Below, in pieces: positions 6,862-9,888 of a DNA stretch of 9,888 nt. This DNA comes from a virus (lineage: Duplodnaviria; Heunggongvirae; Uroviricota; Caudoviricetes). Position numbers and translations under genes: made by a program. The stretch's first letter is position 1, and each line of letters starts with the position of its first letter. The stretch covers positions 1 through 9,888 of IMG/VR virus record IMGVR_UViG_2529292908_000017. One strand, 5' to 3'. A model generated the notes under the pieces. That model saw nothing but the letters and a program-made list of their open reading frames with translations, had not been told where the DNA came from and did no database searches.

Positions 6862-7902
6862 ATGAGTGATTTATATTCGCCAGCCATGTTAATACAGGTT
6901 GTTAATGCCGAAGATATTCAATGGCAGATTAATTCTTTATTTATAAACCTGTTTTTTAAGCGAGTCGTTACATTTGAGACGCGGGATATTGCGCTTGATA
7001 TTATTGACGATCCAGACATCCCGATGGCTGCATTTTGTTCCCCTATGGTTGGTAGTAAAGTCTCACGCGATGAAGGCTACGAATCAAAAGTAATTCGCCC
7101 TGGCTATATGAAGCCAAAAAGTAGTATCGACCCAAATAAAATAGCCGTTCGTCAACCAGGCGTATCACCTGAACAATTCAATGCATATTCATCACGCAGT
7201 TTCAAAATAAAGCGAGCGTTAGTAAGACAAGCGCAGGCAATTCGTGCGCGTATTGAGTGGCTTGCTGTTCAGGCGGTTACAACGGGGAAAAATATCATTG
7301 AAGGCGATGGAATTGAACGTTATGAACTGGACTGGAATATAAAACCACAAAATATTATCACGCAGTCCGGCGGCACGGAGTGGAGCGGTAGAGATTTATC
7401 AACATTTGATCCAAACGATGACATCGAAGAGTACGCAGAAATCAGCGAAGGTACTACAAATATCATCGTAATGGGCCGCAACGTATGGAAAAAATACCGC
7501 GCCTTTAAAGCAGTAAAAGATTGCCTTGATACTCGACGGGGATCTAATTCCATTCTTGAAACGGCCCTGAAAAATCTTGGGGATTCTGTAAGCTTCAAGG
7601 GTTACGTTGGCGATGTTGCTATTGTGGTATATAGCGGACGTTATACCGACGAGGACGGCAAAGAAAAATATTTCCTTGATCCTGATTTGATGGTGCTTGG
7701 CAACACATCATTACAGGGCATCGTTGCCTACGGTGGCATTCAGGATCCTGAGTTAATCAGAATGGGGCTGACTAAAGCCGAACTTGCGCCGAAAAATTAC
7801 ATCGTACCAGGTGATCCGGCTATTGAATATGTGCAGACGCACAGCGCACCGCAACCAATACCGGCCCGCATCAATCGTTTTGTTACCGTTCGCATTGGTT
7901 AA
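6862..7902 (+). CDS. Major capsid protein, phage lambda gpE family
   Basis: 346 aa with AAGAGG RBS. Long colinear matches to remembered lambda gpE: NIITQSGGTEWSGRDLSTFDPNDDIEEYA (lambda NITQSGGTEWSKRDKSTYDPTDDIEAYA); FKAVKDCLDTRRGSNSILETALKNLGDSVSFKGYVGDVAIVVYSGRY ... MVLGNT (lambda FKAVKEKLDTRRGSNSELETAVKDLGKAVSYKGMYGDVAIVVYSGQY ... MVLGNT). Confidence 0.9.
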   Translation: MSDLYSPAMLIQVVNAEDIQWQINSLFINLFFKRVVTFETRDIALDIIDDPDIPMAAFCSPMVGSKVSRDEGYESKVIRPGYMKPKSSIDPNKIAVRQPGVSPEQFNAYSSRSFKIKRALVRQAQAIRARIEWLAVQAVTTGKNIIEGDGIERYELDWNIKPQNIITQSGGTEWSGRDLSTFDPNDDIEEYAEISEGTTNIIVMGRNVWKKYRAFKAVKDCLDTRRGSNSILETALKNLGDSVSFKGYVGDVAIVVYSGRYTDEDGKEKYFLDPDLMVLGNTSLQGIVAYGGIQDPELIRMGLTKAELAPKNYIVPGDPAIEYVQTHSAPQPIPARINRFVTVRIG

Positions 7903-7911
7903 GGGGGAGCA

Positions 7912-8253
7912 ATGGCTACTCATTACACTGAACTCATGGCTGGCACTGAAGCACTGGTTACTACGTTGGGGATATTTTCAGCTAATAAAGGGGTAATTCC
8001 TGCATTTACGCCACTGATGCAAGAAGATGCAACTGGTGCACTGGTGGTATGGGATGGAACGAGCGCAGGCAAAGCTGTTTATGTTTCCGCTGTACAAATC
8101 GATACAGCGACAAAAACGCAGGCTCAGGTTTATAAAACCGGCGTCTTAAATGTTGATGCTCTGAACTGGCCTGAGTCTGTAACACAACTATCAGCAAAAG
8201 TTGCTGCGTTTGTTGGCTCAGGTATTTCTGTTCAGCCGCTGGCACGTGTGTGA
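7912..8253 (+). CDS. Head decoration protein, phage lambda gpD family
   Basis: 113 aa with GGGGGAG RBS. Matches remembered gpD: TPLMQEDATGALVVWDGTSAGKAV (lambda [24 protein letters not shown]), YKTGVLNVDALNWPE (YKSGTFRYEDVLWPE), AAFVGSGISV (TAFAGTAISIV). Confidence 0.85.
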   Translation: MATHYTELMAGTEALVTTLGIFSANKGVIPAFTPLMQEDATGALVVWDGTSAGKAVYVSAVQIDTATKTQAQVYKTGVLNVDALNWPESVTQLSAKVAAFVGSGISVQPLARV

Positions 8254-8262
8254 GGTACGAGA

Positions 8263-8607
8263 ATGATTGAAAGAGATAGTCAGCTACGAGAGCTATTAGA
8301 TATCGATGACAAAATGAGTTTAAGCGAGCGCCTTGTTGATATGGATCAGGTAGTGGAGCTTACAACCCTTAGCCGTCGCACATTGCTAAACCTTGAGGCT
8401 CGCGGAGAGTTCCCCGAACGCGTACAGGTTACGAAAGGGCGCAAGGCATGGTATTTAAGCGAGGTTGTTGCGTGGATTAACAACATTCCGCGCGCATCAA
8501 ATTATTGCCTTGTTCCCACCCCCGAAAAACCTGATGCGGCGTTATGCCTCAAGATTGAACGCGCCAGGCGTAATGCCCTGAAAGGACGCAATAAGTTGAT
8601 TGGTTGA
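8263..8607 (+). CDS. AlpA/MerR-like helix-turn-helix DNA-binding protein (114 aa)
   Basis: GAGG RBS. Central segment VVELTTLSRRTLLNLEARGEFPERVQVTKGRKAWYLSEVVAWI fits the AlpA / excisionase-type HTH pattern, with N- and C-terminal extensions. Lies between the decoration gene and cos. Confidence 0.65.
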   Translation: MIERDSQLRELLDIDDKMSLSERLVDMDQVVELTTLSRRTLLNLEARGEFPERVQVTKGRKAWYLSEVVAWINNIPRASNYCLVPTPEKPDAALCLKIERARRNALKGRNKLIG

Positions 8608-8631
8608 TGAAATTAGGGCCCGTTCTGGCTG

Positions 8632-8830
8632 GCGGGTCCTTTCCGGCGATCCGGCAGGCTACGGGGCGGCGACCTCGCGGTTTTTCGCTATTTATGAGCC
8701 TTTTCAGGGGGGTGGTGGTGGTTTTGTTGTTTGATCTATCTTTATGAATGAAAAGGGAAAGATGCAAGCAATACACCAACCTGAAGCAGTAATTAAGTTG
8801 GTGTATTAATGAAATCTCATCTGATGAACA
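8632..8830 (+). other. cos site 1 (+ orientation): lambda-like cosQ/cosN (cosN 8664-8675, GGGCGGCGACCT) followed by a divergent cosB-like region up to the terS start
   Basis: GCGGGTCCTTTCCGGCGATCCGGCAGGCTACG-GGGCGGCGACCT-CGCGGTTTTTCGCTATTTATGA is near-identical to the remembered lambda cos junction. Downstream lacks lambda R-site-like GAAACGACA elements but has an 11-bp perfect inverted repeat (8770-8780 / 8797-8807). Confidence 0.75.
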
Positions 8831-8837
8831 AAAAAAC

Positions 8838-9350
8838 ATGGCGAAAAGCTGCCGTGTAAGTGCGACAGCGTTCGACAAGTGGGGAGTAACTCCCGTTGAG
8901 CGTAAAGGCCGTGAGGCGTTTTATGATGTTGCCAGCGTGATAGAAAATAGGGTTAACAATGCAATTAGCCAGCTTATAAACGACAAAGGCGAGATTGACG
9001 ATGATGAACTTTTACGAGTCAGGATCAGATTACTGACAGCACAGGCAGAGGCGCAGGAACTTAAAAACGATCGCGATCGCGGTGACGTGATTGATACTGA
9101 GTTTTGCCTGTACGCGCTTTCAAAGCTGGCGAGTCAGATTTCATCAATCATGGACAGCCTCCCGCTTACTATGCAAAGGAGCTTCCCACAGATTACCCCC
9201 GCCATGCTGGATAGGCTTAAAAGGGAAGTGGTTAAAGCCTGTAATGCCAGTGCCAGAGTTGCCGACAACCTCCCACAGATACTGGCTGATTACTTGAAAG
9301 AAACAACCGGAAACGTACCGGAAAAGTTGCTACAGAAGAAAGGCGAGTAA
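8838..9350 (+). CDS. Terminase small subunit, lambda Nu1 family, with divergent N-terminal DNA-binding region
   Basis: 170 aa. C-terminal two-thirds matches remembered Nu1: LTAQAEAQELKNDRDRGDVIDTEFCLYALSKLASQISSIMDSLPLTMQRSFPQ (lambda LTRAQADAQELKNARDSAEVVETAFCTFVLSRIAGEIASILDGLPLSVQRRFPE). N-terminal ~45 aa only loosely similar. An upstream ATG at 8824 (MNKKTW...) is out of frame by 1 nt across an A7 tract. Confidence 0.85.
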   Translation: MAKSCRVSATAFDKWGVTPVERKGREAFYDVASVIENRVNNAISQLINDKGEIDDDELLRVRIRLLTAQAEAQELKNDRDRGDVIDTEFCLYALSKLASQISSIMDSLPLTMQRSFPQITPAMLDRLKREVVKACNASARVADNLPQILADYLKETTGNVPEKLLQKKGE

Positions 9351-9369
9351 CAGACGCGCAATTATTGAA

Positions 9370-9580
9370 CAAAACTGAGAAACGACATGAAAGCGTCATA
9401 AATCGCCATTTTAGATGATTACCGTGTCGTTTCTTTTTATTGTGTATCTATTTAAAAACAAATAGTTATGTTCGAGAAGTACCGACATGCTTTTTCCAGA
9501 AAATTTTTCATAAACAGATAAAAACCGCGAGGTCGCCGCCCCGTAACGGGTCCATAATTCCAGGAAGGACCCGACGACAC
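9370..9580 (-). other. cos site 2 (inverted): cosN at 9530-9541 with a lambda-like cosB (R3 / IHF-I1 / R2 / R1-like elements) on the terS-proximal side
   Basis: The reverse complement reads ...CCCGTTACG-GGGCGGCGACCT-CGCGGTTTTTATCTGTTTATGAAAAATTTTCTGG ... CGAACATAACTATTTGTTTTTAAATAGATAC ... AAAGAAACGACACGG ... CATGTCGTTTCTCAG, paralleling the remembered lambda left end (cosN, I1 IHF site CGTCATAACTTAATGTTTTTATTTAAAATACC, R2 GGAAACGACAGG, R1 CTGTCGTTTCC). No terminase gene follows in this orientation. Confidence 0.7.
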
Positions 9581-9606
9581 CAGACAATCAGAACGATGGG
9601 TGCACA

Positions 9607-9888
9607 ATGACAGAAGCCGAAATACTGGGATTAATCCGCCGTGCTGGTGGAATCAGCCAGCAGACTGACGAACAGGCCACGCAGCCGGACAGCGTGACAG
9701 CCGAAAATTATGCGCGTGTTGTTGCTGAGGTGATGCGCCGTGATGGTATCCAGCTTAATGATGTGGATATGCGCAACATACGGATCCGCGTTCTTGAAAT
9801 GCTGGCCTACCGTCGCCGCGTGCAGACGTACAGGGAAAAAGCAAAAATTACGTACCACTGGAAGAAGCCGGAGCGGTTACGGCGGTAA
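9607..9888 (+). CDS. Hypothetical protein (93 aa)
   Basis: Complete ORF ending at the last base of the window (TAA 9886-9888). Weak RBS. No family recognised; Arg-rich C-terminus. Confidence 0.45.
   Translation: MTEAEILGLIRRAGGISQQTDEQATQPDSVTAENYARVVAEVMRRDGIQLNDVDMRNIRIRVLEMLAYRRRVQTYREKAKITYHWKKPERLRR

Noticed and set aside
7320-8245. ORFs 7320..7598 (-), 7784..7996 (+) and 8006..8245 (-) inside the capsid and decoration genes
   Set aside because: Alternative-frame or antisense ORFs inside genes with strong homology support.
9091-9858. ORFs 9091..9297 (+, alternative frame inside terS) and 9631..9858 (-, antisense to ORF93)
   Set aside because: Embedded in or antisense to better-supported ORFs; no independent signals.
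1-9888. tRNA gene or att site expected next to a P4-type integrase
   Set aside because: No tRNA-like sequence seen within the window. The integrase starts at base 1, so the attachment site and target tRNA are presumably upstream, outside the window.

Overview
This 9.9 kb window looks like the left part of an enterobacterial phage satellite (P4-like / PICI-like chromosomal island), with essentially all convincing genes on the + strand. In order: a P4-type tyrosine integrase (1-1242); a small ORF with a strong terminator; an AlpA-family regulator that appears frameshifted; about 0.75 kb of poorly coding DNA; two tandem paralogous small ORFs joined by a G9 tract; ORF99 translationally coupled to a P4-family primase / D5-like SF3 helicase (3877-5625); an iteron array (putative ori); ORF85 coupled to an SSB-like gene; a terminator; a lambda gpE-like major capsid protein; a lambda gpD-like decoration protein; a second AlpA/MerR-like HTH protein; a lambda-type cos site; a lambda Nu1-like small terminase with a divergent N-terminus; a second, inverted cos with a lambda-like cosB; and ORF93. 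No rRNA, tRNA, CRISPR array or IS element was seen. The main candidate for something new is the right-hand module: a satellite backbone carrying lambda-type head genes (E and D homologues, with no portal, protease or scaffold in the window) and a terminase-small-subunit homologue flanked by two opposed cos sites of different cosB type. All homology calls are by eye against remembered sequences (lambda E, D, Nu1, cos; E. coli SSB and AlpA); no database search or computation was run, so family assignments are hypotheses to verify.
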